In this document: positions 1 through 13,281 of the stretch, piece by piece
Position numbering within the stretch: the stretch's first letter is position 1
Layout: every line of letters begins with the position of its first letter
Assembly (NCBI GenBank): GCA_963693365.1
Contig: CAVNZM010000005.1
Location: 3,345,216 to 3,409,215 of the forward strand
Reading direction: 5' to 3'
From: Amoebidium appalachense
Lineage: Eukaryota > Protista > Ichthyosporea
DNA: 64,000 nt
Made by a program: the position numbers and the translations under genes
Notes under the pieces: generated by a model
What the model saw: only the letters and a program-made list of their open reading frames with translations
What the model was told of the DNA's origin: nothing
The model's database searches: none

Positions 1-31
1 TCTGATTTCAGGCCCCGTCTTTGTGTGAGTA

Positions 32-76
<45 letters not shown>

Positions 77-423
77 CCCCCCCCAAGAAAAAAAAAAAAA
101 AAAAAAAACTCTTTGTGTGTGCTTTGCAACATCTGCATTATTTTGTCTGTCGCGATTGTGTACTTGGGTACTCTGCAACACATCCCCCCCCCCCCCCCCC
201 CTCTCCCCCTCCCCCCTTTCTGCCCCCCTCCCCCCCTCCCCCCCTCTCGTCTGCCCTCGACTCTCTTCCCCCGTTCCCAGTGATACGTGCACAACTCATG
301 TGCACACTCACTGTGCCCATCCCACACACCAGACACACTGGGCTGTAGGTAAGCTTTCATTGTTGTTCTTGTCTGATTGTGTGGCTCTCTTGTGTTTTTC
401 CCCAATTTACCCTTCTCCCCCCC

Positions 424-459
<36 letters not shown>

Positions 460-994
460 CCCTCCCCCCCAACCCCCCTCCCTCCCTCCCTCCCCCTATG
501 CACTTAGAACTTATCATAACAATGATGATGAAGAATGAGTGAAATAATGGGGGAAAGGAACACAGAAATCATCTGTACCTTCCTACCCCCCCCCCCCCCC
601 CCCTCCCCTCCCCCCTCCCCTCCCCACTTGCCCCTTCCTCCGCTACCCCCCCCCCCCCCCCACCTCCCTCCCTCCCCTACCCCCTCCTCTCCAACCTCCA
701 ACCCTACCCACCGCCCTGCCTTTCCCTCTCTCTCTATCTCTTCTTGTCTCCTCTCCTTCCCCCCCCCCCTTCTCCTCCCCTCTTTGGGAGGATGGGCTCT
801 GCTTGTTATGCATACTCTTTGTGTGTTTGCAATCTGCCTTATGTTGTCCGTTAGGATTGTGTCTTTCGTATACAATTACACATTCTTACCGCCCCCCCCC
901 CCAAACCACCCCGGGGCCTTAGACCAGAGCTGTTCACCCTGTTGATGGGTTCCGGTTGCCTTTTTCTGACTGCACACATGTTCTGCCCACTGTT

Positions 995-1039
<45 letters not shown>

Positions 1040-1168
1040 AGTATCTGTGCTTCCATGTTCACATTACCCTCTAATACTTTGATCTTCCCTCCCCCCCTCC
1101 CCCTCCCCGCCTCCCCTCCCCCCTCCAACCCCCCGGATGGATCCACAGGCACGCACGCACGAACAAGC

Positions 1169-1219
<51 letters not shown>

Positions 1220-1446
1220 CAACCGCTATGCACAGGAGGGCAACCAACAACTCTTCCACCTTAGCCACCACCAAAAGGCCTGCCGTGCCCTCGAGTTCTC
1301 ACACGATGGTTCTGGTAAGCCAACCCCCCCCCCCCCCCCCCCTCTCCCTCCTCCTTCCCCCCGCACCCCCCTCTTTCCCCCCCCTCCCCACCCCCCCCCC
1401 CCCCCCCCCCCCTTCCCCCCCGTCTCCTCCCCCCGGCTCCCCCCCT

Positions 1447-1478
<32 letters not shown>

Positions 1479-2026
1479 CCCTCTCTAGTCGATTCCCTCT
1501 GCTCCCGGCCCCCCTTCCCCCTCCCCTTAGACAAAGATGACCTTGGGATATTGTCGTTTTTGCATTCACATTCTTTTTTTGCGTATGTGGATTGTCGTAC
1601 CTCTTGTGAAATGAACTTCGTATTGTGTACTGCATTCTACCCCCCGCCCTACCCTCCCCTCCTCCCTACCCCCTGCCCCCCCTCCCCCCCTTTCCTCTCT
1701 CTAGGAAGCCCGCAAGAATAGGATTTGCTTATAGAGCATACGCTGAGCGTCTTCGTGTCTGCACGCCACCATACGACTTGCACAGTCACATGTTTCCTCG
1801 TTGTGTTAGCTACTGCATCATATCTTAGTCAACCCTTCCCTCCCTTTCTTCTTCCCTTTTTGCTTACTACCATCTCTCACACTAACTAACCTTCTCTCTC
1901 TGCATTTTTCCCACAGCCCTCTTCACAGCGTCCAAAGACAAGTCCCTATCTCTTGTGAATATGGCTACCGGTCAGGTCGTGTCAACCGTGGAGAATGCAC
2001 ATGCGTAAGCCCATGCCCCCCCACCC

Positions 2027-2082
<56 letters not shown>

Positions 2083-2248
2083 CCACCACCCCACCACCAC
2101 CACCACCACCACCACTATACACACACACACGCATATACACACACCACGGATGCACCTGCGACCACCATCACTGCCGTCACCACTACGACACACACACAGA
2201 GAAACAGAAACACACACATCCGCACGCGCACACACACACACAAACACA

Positions 2249-2335
<87 letters not shown>

Positions 2336-2852
2336 GGGGGGGGGGGGGGGGGGAAGAGAGAGGGGAGGAGAGAGAGAGACCAAACACACACAGAAAATTT
2401 CATGCCACCAAATGCGCAAATACACACTCGGAGGTGACTTATGAATTTTTGTCATGTGCTAGTTCGTGCTTGTATTTTGATGTGTGGGTTATGTACCTGT
2501 TTACCTTACGGCATGCCTTGTTTGCATACCTAACTGTGTGGGGATTCGAACTCTAGCTGTAATTTGGGTTTAAAATGTTGCTCAAAATGGGACTTGGTGA
2601 GTGCCAGGTTGTGGGGTGAAGCTACAAAGGAGGTGTGCATGGGGGAAGATGTGTTGGTCTGTTTGGTTGTGGGAGAAGGGGGGGGGGGGGACCTTACACA
2701 CTCTTTTAGGGGGTTGGAGGATCTCATGTTCCTTGGGGGGAAGGGGGGGGGGGGTATTCTTTTTAGGGGTAGGGGGATCTTATATTCCTTTTAAAAGGAA
2801 GATCTTATATCCCTTTAAGGGGGGGGGGGGGGGGGAGAATCTTATATTCCTT

Positions 2853-2883
<31 letters not shown>

Positions 2884-3228
2884 GGATCTTATGTTCCTTT
2901 TGGGGAGGGTGGGGGGGAATCTTTTATTTTTTGGGAGGGATCTCGTATTCCTTTCGCGGGGGGGGGGGGGGTTGGTTAAAGTCCTTGACCATATATGGCA
3001 ATGCAGTGACCCAATCAACTCGCTGTGTTTGCTTGACGAGACACTGCTTGCATCCGGCGATGACGAAGGCTGTGTGAAGGTGCCAAGCCATTTCTCTCCC
3101 TCCCTCCCTCCCCCCCCCCCTCCCCCCCCCCCCCCCCCCCCCCTCCCTCCCTCCCTTTATCCCTACTTCGCTCTCTTCCTTGCTCGCTCCCTCCCTTCCC
3201 CCCTCCCTTCTTCCATCCATCCCTCCCC

Positions 3229-3287
<59 letters not shown>

Positions 3288-5441
3288 CCACCCGCCCACC
3301 CACCGACCCCCTTCCTTTCTTCCCTCTTTCTTTCCACCAAAAATCCCGGTTTGTTTCCGCCATCTTTGCTCATTGACACCACCACCCACCTATCACTCAA
3401 CTACCCCTGTTCTTGCCCCCTTCATGCCCTCACATCGAAAGTTCGGATCCACAAACGTCATGGAGTTCGTCGCCCAACGTGGGCCAAAAATGTGTTTTTT
3501 TTGTTTGTTTTTTTTGCTTTTTTTTTCCCCGTTTGTTCGTTCGTTCGTTCGTTTGCTTAATCTGAACACCCTTTTTGTATTGCCCATACCTTATGTCATC
3601 TTATGTTTCCCAAATACTTTTTGTGTGATTTTGTGTGATTTTGAGCCAATGAACACTCGTCACTAATTATCACGCACGCACGTTGCACCCCCGTCTGGGA
3701 ACGTTGTATACCTCCGATATTTACATCTATGATACCCATTAAAAAAAAAAAACTCCATTTGACCCTTCTTGGTGTATATGCAGGTGTGGGATCTTCGATC
3801 GCAGCAAATGGTGATGGAGGTAGAGGAATGTGAGGATTTCATCTCCGACATGGTGTTTAGGGCAGACAAGAAGATCCTGCTGACCACAAGGTACCGTGAT
3901 TTCAAATATATAAATTCAATGTGTGCATGAACATTGGTACACTCGGAATTCACTGTGTGCGTGAGATACTGTGTTTATATAACAATGGTGTGTTGTGTGC
4001 AGCCGCATAGGCCCACTGCTTGCATGTGTGCATGTGCATAGACACAGTGTTTTGTGTGCACATGCAGCACTCTGGTCCTAAACAGTTGCACGATAATTGA
4101 GAGGTGTTAAGGTACCATGCTTGATCCACATGCCCTCCTGGAGATGGTCTGTTGGAGTCCCAGGGATGAACGCCTTGGTATGTGTGCTTTTGTGTGTGTG
4201 GTTGGTGGGTTATTTCTTTATTTATTTATTTACTTACTTACTTATTTATTATTCATTCAAAGTTTGAGGGGGAGGGGAGGGGGAATGGATGGTAGCAGGA
4301 CTAGGTAGATGCATGTGTACAGGTGTAAGGGTGGCATATGTGGGTGCTTGCTTGTGACCGGTGGGGAGAGGGTGGGCTGTGAGCCAAAGCAAGATGATAG
4401 ATGCACAAGAAGGAGCACACAGCATTGCTCTTTTTACCCTCACGGTGGAGATAGTGCCATGTCGAACACACACTAACACGTGTTTGTTCTGTTTGTTTGG
4501 TGCACGCAGTGGGGACGGCACACTGTGTGCATTCAACATGAGAAAGAGGGAACTGATCAAACGGTCGGATTTCATGGACGAGGAACTTCTGTCTCTGGCC
4601 ATTATGAAGGTGGATGGGTGGGTGGGTGGGTGGGTGGGTGGTGTGGGTGGTGTGTGTGTGTGGGGGGGGGGGGGGGGGGGGGGGGGGGGGAGGGCGTGGG
4701 TGCGGGTGCGGGTGCGGGTGCGTGTGTTTGTGCGGGTGCGGGTGTGTTTGTGTGTGTGTTGTGTGTGTGTTTTTTTTTTAATTTGGGGGGGGGGGGGGGG
4801 GGGAGGATGCGTGGGGGTGTGGGTGCAGTAGGGGGTGGGGGTGGGAGGGGGGGGGGAGGAGTGGGCGGGTGTAGGCATGGGTGGGGGTGGGCGTGGGTGT
4901 GGGTGTGTGTGTGAGTGTGCGCGCGAGTGTGCCTGTGCCTGTGCCTGTGCCTATGCCTGTGCGTGTACGTGTACGTGTGTATGTGGGTGGTTGTGGTTGT
5001 GCTGTCATGTGTGCACAAGCGTGCCTTGTGCATTTGAGATATGCGTAGGGGCGTTTGGGGTAGGAGGGGGTCATGAAGAAGGGCATGGGTGTGCTTGGGG
5101 GCAGAGGCGGGGAGGGGGGGACGGCGGGGGGTGGGGAGAGGGTATGTGTCTTTTTGTGTGTGTTCGTGTGTGTGTGTGTGTGGGTGTGGGTCGATGAAGA
5201 CATGTGGCTGTTGGGGGTGTCTGTGTGTGCGTCTGTGTGCACTGGAAGAAGGGTATTTGTGGTGGCTGGGGGGTGGGGAGTGGGTTGGGGAAAGGGCAGG
5301 GAATGGAAATGATATGCTCATTCATTCACGGATCTATGAGCATGAGTGTTTTACTTCCAATTTTTTTCTCCTAACCTCTTTTTTTTGGGGGCGGGGGGGA
5401 AGGGGGCTGGGGGGTGGGGGGAGGGAAGGGGGAGGGATGAA

Positions 5442-5512
<71 letters not shown>

Positions 5513-6561
5513 GCGGGCGCGCGCGCGCGCGTGTGTGTGTGCATGCGTGTGTGCATGTGTGTGTGCGTTCATGTGATTGTGTTTGTGTTTGTGTGTGTGT
5601 GTGTGCAGTTTTTTATTTTTGTTTATTGTCTTTGTTGTTGTTGCTGCTGCTGTTTGGGGGGAGGGGTGCATCTGTGCACGTGGGCTGCCAACAAGAGATC
5701 AATTGACATGATGGGGATAGAGGGGCCGAACGAAATAATGGATGTCTTGATGATGTGCACTAACCTGAAAATTCAAAAAACAGGGGGGCAACAAGGTGGT
5801 TTGTGGCACGCAGGAGGGGGTTTTAGACATATTTTCATGGGGGCAGTGGGGAGATCTCAGCGATCGCTTTGTGGGCCATCCTCTGTCGGTGGACTCAGTG
5901 GTGGCCCTGAATGATGAGTTGCTGTGCACGGGGTCATCCGATGGCCTTATCAGGTAAGAAATGGCATGGTGTGATTGGTTGTTGCACATGGAGATATTCA
6001 CACCATGCTTGGTGACTTTCATTTTCAGCGGCACTCCAGGCGTAATGGACCCCTGACCAGGTTTTGGAGGGGGAGGGGGGGAGTTGGCCAAGAAAAGCCG
6101 GAAGGGGGTGGGCGGGGAGGGGGAAGGGGGGGGGGGGGGGGGGGGAGGGGGGGAGGGGGGGGGGGGTTGGCCAAGAAAGGGGCGGGGAGGGGGGGGGGGG
6201 GGGGGGATTCTTGTAATTGCCTTAATGTAGCATTAGTCGAGCGGATTATAACCTAGATTTCTCTTACAGAGTTGTGCAAATCCACCCAAACAAGCTGCTT
6301 GGTGTGGTTGGCGAGCATCAAGACTTCCCCATTGAACGCATACGACTATCACACGACAAACACTATTTGGGTTCATGTTCGCATGACAAAACGGTGAAAT
6401 TCTGGGATGTTTCCTCGTTAGTATCTGAGAAGGCAGATGGGGAGGATGATGAAATGGAGGATGTGGACAGTGACGAGGAACAAGGAATGCAGGTGGATGC
6501 GAGGGCAGAGGGCAAGAAGGACTGGAACAAAAAGGAGGACAATTTCTTTGCAGACCTTTAA
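1..6561 (+). CDS. WDR55: WD-repeat protein 55 (host gene, 5' end outside window); exons <1-24, 1220-1314, 1917-2004, 3007-3079, 3784-3890, 4510-4609, 5784-5953, 6270-6561
   Basis: GT-AG introns with compatible phases join LISGPVFV/NRYAQEGN..HHQKACRALEFSHDGS/ALFTASKDKS..NAHA/DPINSLCLLDETLLASGDDEGCVK/VWDLR..EDFISDM../SGDGTLCAFN../GNKVVCGTQEG..LLCTGSSDGLIR/VVQIHPNKLLGVVGEH..HDKTVKFWD..DNFFADL*. This matches WDR55/JIP5, including the terminal FF-x-x-L. Confidence 0.92.
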
Positions 6562-6841
6562 AATTTTGAAGTGTTTTAAAAGCTTAGAGGTTTAAATTTG
6601 AAATACATGGTTGTTTATGGGCATAATCTGTAGCTTTTTATTGGATGCGTCGAAAGGGCAACAGAAGCCGAAAATGTTGTGGGCAAAACCTGAAAGTTAC
6701 TTTTACTAAGAGTGTGGATCGTTAGAACTCAATGGTGGACCCCCTGGTGGTATTTGATGCAGGTGGGAGGTTTTTCTTTTTTTTTGTTTTTTGTTTTTTG
6801 TTTTTTGTTTTTTGTTTTCTGTTTTTTGTTTTTTGTTTGGG

Positions 6842-6876
<35 letters not shown>

Positions 6877-7236
6877 GGCGTCCAAGCTTAGGACCGTGAT
6901 ACACCGCATATAAATTGCTTAGATTACTTAAAAGGGATGGATAGGGTACAAGATGAGTCGCATGCCTTGTTTTTTTCTCTATCGATATCACATATATACG
7001 ATACGTTTTTGTGCCCTAGATTGCTGGCCATCTGGGGTTAATGTTAGCATGGCACAACCTTGCGTACTCTGCATATTAACCTATGTGTATAGATTATGAC
7101 TTAAAGGAACACCGTGTACATATATTATCCATGGATGTGGCAGGAGGCAACACTCTGATTAATGATTGAGCAACAACTGTGCACACACACAAATTTTCCT
7201 GAGTGATTTGGTTATATATTCCCCACTGTTACCCGG

Positions 7237-7269
<33 letters not shown>

Positions 7270-7270
<1 letters not shown>

Positions 7271-7450
7271 ACTATCATATATTTCCTGCTCATTAGTCCG
7301 AAGCTTACCGTATGATATATATGCATCGATGATAATATATGAAAAGACCCCCCCCCCCCCCCCCCCCCCCCCCTACTATCATAAATTTCCTGCTCATTAG
7401 TCCGAAGCTTACCGTATGATATATATGCATCGATGATAATATATGAAAAG
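7270..7450. repeat. Intergenic direct duplication of ~77 bp separated by poly-C
   Basis: CTATCATA.ATTTCCTGCTCATTAGTCCGAAGCTTACCGTATGATATATATGCATCGATGATAATATATGAAAAG occurs at ~7272 and ~7375. Confidence 0.85.
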
Positions 7451-7647
7451 GTCGAATCATCCCTTTTTCGGATCCGGCATCCTTGTCTCCCCCCCCCCAC
7501 CCCCCCCCTTTCCCCCCTTGAGCTCCCCGATCGCGATGCCCTTCCCTTCGTCCTACACGTCCTATGTACATGTTTATAGCTTGAGTAAGAAGTACACATT
7601 CATGAAGGATTGACATAATGCAGAATGCAAACCGCAGATAAAAGTGT

Positions 7648-7686
<39 letters not shown>

Positions 7687-7704
7687 TTTTTAATTTTTTT
7701 TTCT

Positions 7705-7749
<45 letters not shown>

Positions 7750-8326
7750 TTGATTGGAATATTCCGAAACACGGTAAGAAGCACAACGTGATAAGAAACA
7801 CGGCACACGACACATTCAAAGGCAAACTTTCAGGTATGGAACATCAGCAACACGTGCAGCATAGGGGTAGCGTGTGCGTGTGTATGGAGAGGGGGGGAAG
7901 GGGGAGGGGGGGGGGGGGGGGGGGGGCTTATAACCCACATCACAATCAACTGTGCACTCAAGCGAACCAGCGCCAGTTACTCTTATTTCTGCACACCTGT
8001 TTTTTCGACAAAATAGGTTCACGGGTGACGGAGGGAGAGATACAACAGCAAAATACGGTAAGATTGATGATAGCATACACCACTCCCGATTGGTTTCTGT
8101 TCATGTTTGTGCACTCAGAACATATTTGCATTAACCTTGCGTAGTGAAACATCAGTGCAAACGTGCTAATTATAAGCTAACGTAACACCTGGGATCTAGA
8201 TCACAAAGGTACGAGAAAAACTTTCGTGCATAGGAGCGCTGAATACAGGTGGTTTCTATACTGATAAATACTAAAGAAGGTACTAAAAGTTCAGGCTGTA
8301 TTGGCAAGGTGTGTAAGCGTACGTAT

Positions 8327-8413
<87 letters not shown>

Positions 8414-8857
8414 GTGTCTAATCTTTGGGGAACTACACATACGAACGTTTGGTGCTGTTCTACCCAATTCCTAATCCTCCCCCAAATCCCCCACCCCCCT
8501 TGCCTGTCTCTCCCTGTCCATTTATCGACGGTATTCAAGGCAAGATATGGAAATGGAGATTTAGACTGGGTTGCGGAGCAAGGAGGGACTGGTGAGAGAC
8601 GGGGAGAAGGGGGAGGAGGGGCGGAGGGGAGGGGGGGGGGATAGAGAGGGGGAGAAAGAGAGTGGAAGGGAAGGGGGGACAGGGGAGGGGGGCAGGAAAA
8701 CGTTGGGAAGGGGGGGGGGGGGTGGGGTGGGGGGGAGACAGAAGAGATAGAGGGAGACGGGAACAAGGAGGGCGGGGGAGAAGAGCGTAAAGATGGCGGC
8801 ACCAAGGGGCTGAAGCAGGAAAAAAATTTATGCGAAAACCGCGAAGCCTCCGCACAC

Positions 8858-9778
8858 CTACTGTTGCTTCTGCTTCTGGTTCCTCCGTGCCCTGTCCCTC
8901 AGCGACACTGCAGCCACCCCCAACGTGGCCAGTCCCAATGTTCCGGCCATCACCACTACCGCTGCATGCCGGTGCCAGTAAAGGGCTGCAAGGTGGACTA
9001 AATACTGCACCTGCGTGCTAATTTTCAACTTGGACTCGCCGTGTGTGCGGTGGACAAACGTAAACGGGACCTCCAACACACGGTGTGGCGCACACTTCAC
9101 CATCAGCTCGAGTGCAATCTTAAACCCCCGTGGGTTCAAATTCTCGGCCGTCTTGAACAAAGATTTCCTAATCGAGAAGAACCCACTCATGGGATCATTC
9201 ACAGGAACGAGGGGTTTGGCAAGTAGAGTTGCCCCGTGGCTAATGATTTGTCGGATAAGTGCCCAGTCTTTGGTTCCACCCCCGGGAATGTACCGTGATC
9301 CGAGCGTGAAATGTGCCGAGTGGTTGAATAAAGGATCTACCAATGAAGGGATGTATTCTGGCGGGTGCTGCAGATCGGCGTCCATGACTAACAGAACCTC
9401 GTTTTTGGCGGCTTCAAACCCGGCCAATACTGCAGTGCTAAGGCCCTTCTCCTTTTCCCGCACCAGTATCTTCACGGGGTATCCCTCCTTTTGTAGGTTC
9501 TCTACCTCTTCCAAAGAACCATCTTTGGAATTGTCATCTACTATAATCAACTCTGCATCTATCCCTGCTTTTCTAACAGCAGCAAAGACTTGTTCTGTAA
9601 GTGGTCTAATGTTTGGTTGCTCCTTGTATGCTGGAACAACAATAGAAAGCTGTTTCTGGGTGTTTGCTTCTTCCTCCAGATGAAAAGGCATGGGCTTTTC
9701 TCGGTATAAATAGGCGAAAATATAAACGGCGAAAGCAATGTAGGCTAGTGCCAGTGACCGCCATAACCCTCCTGCCAT
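8858..9778 (-). CDS. DPM1: Dolichol/polyprenol-phosphate mannosyltransferase (GT2, DPM1-like) with N- and C-terminal hydrophobic segments; intronless
   Basis: 306 aa with LSIVVPAYKE, IIVDDNSKDGS, GLSTAVLAGF, VMDADLQHPPE, GSRYIPGG, DPMSGFF, GFKIALE and RTHGESK motifs. Confidence 0.85.
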   Translation of the reverse strand: MAGGLWRSLALAYIAFAVYIFAYLYREKPMPFHLEEEANTQKQLSIVVPAYKEQPNIRPLTEQVFAAVRKAGIDAELIIVDDNSKDGSLEEVENLQKEGYPVKILVREKEKGLSTAVLAGFEAAKNEVLLVMDADLQHPPEYIPSLVDPLFNHSAHFTLGSRYIPGGGTKDWALIRQIISHGATLLAKPLVPVNDPMSGFFSIRKSLFKTAENLNPRGFKIALELMVKCAPHRVLEVPFTFVHRTHGESKLKISTQVQYLVHLAALYWHRHAAVVVMAGTLGLATLGVAAVSLRDRARRNQKQKQQ

Positions 9779-10390
9779 CCTGAATCACTGATGAGAGAGA
9801 ACTCCCTTTATGTGTTCTATCAGACTAGCTGTCAGTTCAGTTAGGCAACCGGAGTTCTGCCAAACAAAACGGAGAAATTTTGCAGCAGTTCGAAGGGTAA
9901 AAAAAAATCCTAAGCGTTTCTAACAGCGCTATAACATTCATATATTTCTATACCCCTGTGTGAGCTCCCTTGACCAAACTGCCCTTTGAATCACATTAGG
10001 CCTAGGTGACTTGGGAGAGAAAGAGGCTCTGTGGTCTGTCTGTCAAGTCATGAGGCAGCATCAAGACTCACAGCAGCAAGATCTACAAGACTCACAGCAG
10101 CAATTTGTAGATAACCACACAGCCAATCACAATGCAGATAAATAAAGATTCACGGAATCGATTGGTCAGAATACTTTTACGGTATTTTCCTGGCGTCGGT
10201 GGGTCTCTGTCTGGGTGGTCGGCCAATTGCAAGGGAATTTGGGTTGACAAGAACGTCTGCGGCCAAAGACTCACAGCTTGCTTCATTCTGATTGGTTGTC
10301 ACACCACGGGGTTTCCCGATTGTTCTTCGAATGACATTTGCTATCACCATCAGACAGTTCTCCAATATTAGAACAGAAAACGGTCTCTAC

Positions 10391-10490
10391 CCAGATGGCC
10401 AGATGGCCAGGTCAAATTCAGTGTGTGGAAAAAGGTGGATAAAACGGGATAAAACGGTGAGCAAAATGATCTGGCCATCTGGCCATGTGG
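10391..10490. repeat. 20-bp inverted repeat with 60-bp spacer
   Basis: CCAGATGGCCAGATGGCCAG (10391-10410) and CTGGCCATCTGGCCATGTGG (10471-10490) are complementary at 19/20 positions. GGATAAAACGG occurs twice in the spacer. Confidence 0.85.
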
Positions 10491-10969
10491 CCATGGAATC
10501 TCTATATCTAAAAATAGCTGCCACTGCGCCGGGGCGTGGTTCCGGGAGGCAGGGGAGGCAGGGGGGGCACACGTGCAGGGGAGGCAGGGGGGGGCACACG
10601 TGCAGGGGAGGCAGGGGGGACACTCACTGCCACCACTGGGGGCCGTGGTTCCGGCAGCAGGGGGGGCAGGGGGGCAGGGGAGGCACACGTGCACAGGAGG
10701 CTGGGGAGAGTGGGGGAACCATGGTTGTGTGATACTCTATCCCCCATGTATGGCTGAGTTAAGACCATTTGTTCATGTAGCACGATCTTCTAGCATGCAC
10801 GTGTTGGAATGCCACCACTGGGGGGCCTGGTTCCGGCAGGCAGGGGGGCAGGGGGGCAGGGGGGCAGGGGGGACTGGGGGGCAGGGGGGCTGGGGGGCTG
10901 GGGGGACTGGCATGCCACTCACGGGGAGGATAGTGTATGTTGGCACGTGGGGGTGTGTGGGTGGTTTTT

Positions 10970-11548
10970 TTATTTGGGCTTGTGCTTATGGCAATGGGTC
11001 GTAGATTTCACCCTGTTTTTGCAGGGATTGCCAGCCTTGGTTTTGCCCTGGCAGTACCCATTTTCCCTGCCCACACCCACCGCTGCAGCTGCAACCGGTG
11101 GCTGTGGTGCACCCATGGGTGGATCCGGAGTGGACACAGTCAGCGCGGGTACCCCGGTGCGCTCGGTGCGAGGGCGCTGCATTTCTGCGACTGTAAAGGC
11201 GGCCAGGAGGTCGTCCAGCAGGAGGTTTGCATGAGCATAGTCCCCGGCCTTGTGGGGGTGGAGGATGTTGATGGTGTTGTCGCTGTAGAGGAGGACACCG
11301 GTGGCAGGGGCAAAGCATACCCAGGGCTTGAAGCCGTCCTTGTGGTGTGGGCATGTTTTCTTTTTGTTTTTGCACTGGGCTTTTTTTGAGGGTGCAAATG
11401 CAGGGCATCGTTCGGGGTCAACCGAATCGGGGCGCAAAAGTGCGTCTCCCATTTCTAGTGTTTTGTTTTGGTGTGCACTGTTCTTGGATTGGGGTGAAGC
11501 GAGACAAAAAGTAAAAGCGAGTACTTTTTGTTGACTGGTTGATGGCAT
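10970..11548 (-). CDS. Hypothetical viral-type protein with Cys/His motifs (DUF5763-like C-terminus); start uncertain
   Basis: C-terminal YCQGKTKAGNPCKNRVKSTTHCHKH and internal CPAFAPSKKAQCKNKKKTCPHH resemble the C-x-G-x-TK-x-G-x2-C motif of giant-virus proteins. Confidence 0.55.
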   Translation of the reverse strand: MPSTSQQKVLAFTFCLASPQSKNSAHQNKTLEMGDALLRPDSVDPERCPAFAPSKKAQCKNKKKTCPHHKDGFKPWVCFAPATGVLLYSDNTINILHPHKAGDYAHANLLLDDLLAAFTVAEMQRPRTERTGVPALTVSTPDPPMGAPQPPVAAAAVGVGRENGYCQGKTKAGNPCKNRVKSTTHCHKHKPK

Positions 11549-11756
11549 ATCAATCAATCTCTTGGTGCCAAACCACTGACCAATCACATGGGTGTATTCA
11601 CGAATTCCAATCTAAATTCGGCATCTGGAGAGAGGGGTACTGGTAAAACACAAGAGCAACACGGCATCAAGAGTTTGTACCACAGGCAAGATCTCAGAGA
11701 GGTCACTTTTGGGGTGTAACACGTCGGATACTGAAAGTTTTGTGAGGTACACGTAC

Positions 11757-12029
11757 ATGTTCGACAGCACGGTCACCACAGGCATTCTTTATGTGATATC
11801 TATATGCAGTGTCGTTGCAAATATACACTGGTACAATTTAATGAAGTCCGAACCGAATGCTAGAGAGAAAGTGAACAAAATGTATCTGGTGTACGTCAGC
11901 GCTGCTATTGTCCTCACATGTTTATTGGTTACACCATTGGTGTATGCAGTCATATACTATTTCAATAAGAAGACGGGTGCTGCGGAGTACGACACCACTC
12001 TGAGACAAACAAGTCACTCGGACTTTTAA
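11757..12029 (+). CDS. Small two-transmembrane protein (90 aa)
   Basis: ATG-initiated ORF in unique sequence with two hydrophobic stretches (TTGILYVISICSVVANI; YLVYVSAAIVLTCLLVTPLVYAVIYYF). Confidence 0.55.
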   Translation: MFDSTVTTGILYVISICSVVANIHWYNLMKSEPNAREKVNKMYLVYVSAAIVLTCLLVTPLVYAVIYYFNKKTGAAEYDTTLRQTSHSDF

Positions 12030-12040
12030 TTCAATTAACA

Positions 12041-12305
12041 CACCGCGCTACAAAAGTGGAGTACACGACAATCACAGCGCCAGCGCTGATACAAAAGTGG
12101 AGTACACGACAATCACAGCGCCAGCGCTGATACAAAAGTGGAGTACACGCCAGCGCTGATACAAAAGTGGAGTACCGCCAGCGCTGATACAAAAGTGGAG
12201 TACACGACAATCACAGCGCCAGCGCTGATACAAAAGTGGAGTACACGACAATCACAGCGCCAGCGCTGATACAAAAGTGGAGTACACGCCAGCGCTGATA
12301 CAAAA
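12041..12305. repeat. Tandem array, ~41-bp unit with deletion variants
   Basis: CACAGCGCCAGCGCTGATACAAAAGTGGAGTACACGACAAT repeated about 7 times in full or shortened form. Confidence 0.92.
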
Positions 12306-12454
12306 AGCAATAAACATGGTACTCCACACCACACGTGCACCGACCCGAAAACACGAAAATAAACACACAACGACAGCGCTGCACGGCCGATACAGTTACT
12401 TTGCATACCATTGGCCCGGGCTGGGATGAACGAGTAACACTGCTAGTGCATGCA

Positions 12455-13250
12455 GGGAATACAGAGCAGGAAGAGAGAAATGGTGCTAGTGCATGTGGGT
12501 GGTGGGGGACTCTTTGAATGCATGCATGGCATGGGGATTGAAGGACTTAGACGTGCATGCATGAAGGGGGGAGGGGAGGGGGGGGGGTGGGGGGGGGATA
12601 TAGAGCAGGAAGAGAGAAATGGTGCTAGTGCATGTGGGTGGTGGGGGACTCTTTGAATGCATGCATGGCATGGGGATTGAAGGACTTAGACGTGCATGCA
12701 TGAAGGGGGGAGGGGAGGGGGGGGGATATAGAGCAGGAAGAGAGAAATGGTGCTAGTGCATGTGGGTGGTGGGGGACTCTTTGAATGCATGCATGGCATG
12801 GGGATTGAAGGACTTAGACGTGCATGCATGAAGGGGGGAGGGGGAGGGGGGGGGATATAGAGCAGGAAGAGAGAAATGGTGCTAGTGCATGTGGGTGGTG
12901 GGGGACTCTTTGAATGTGTGCATGGCATGGGGATTGAAGGACTTAGACGTGCATGCATGAAGGGGGGAGGGGAGGAGGGGGGTGGGGGGGGGGATATAGA
13001 GCAGGAAGAGAGAAATGGTGCTAGTGCATGTGGGTGGTGGGGGACTCTTTGAGTGTGTGCATGGCATGGGGATTGAAGGACTTAGACGTGCATGCATGAA
13101 GGGGGAAGGGGAGGGGGGGGGGTGGGGGGGGGGGATATAGAGCAGGAAGAGAGAAATGGTGCTAGTGCATGTGGGTGGTGGGGGACTCTTTGAGTGTGTG
13201 CATGGCATGGGGATTGAAGGACTTAGACGTGCATGCATGAAGGGGGGAGG

Positions 13251-13281
<31 letters not shown>

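Noticed and set aside
281-348. AG...GTAAGC-bounded segment as an extra WDR55 exon
   Set aside because: Exon 1-24 already joins 1220 in frame with WDR55-like sequence; this 68-nt segment would shift the frame and has no WD similarity.
21-8855. Many Pro-, Gly-, HT- and CV-rich ORFs in the six-frame track
   Set aside because: They are translations of poly-C/G and CA/GT tracts in WDR55 introns and intergenic DNA.
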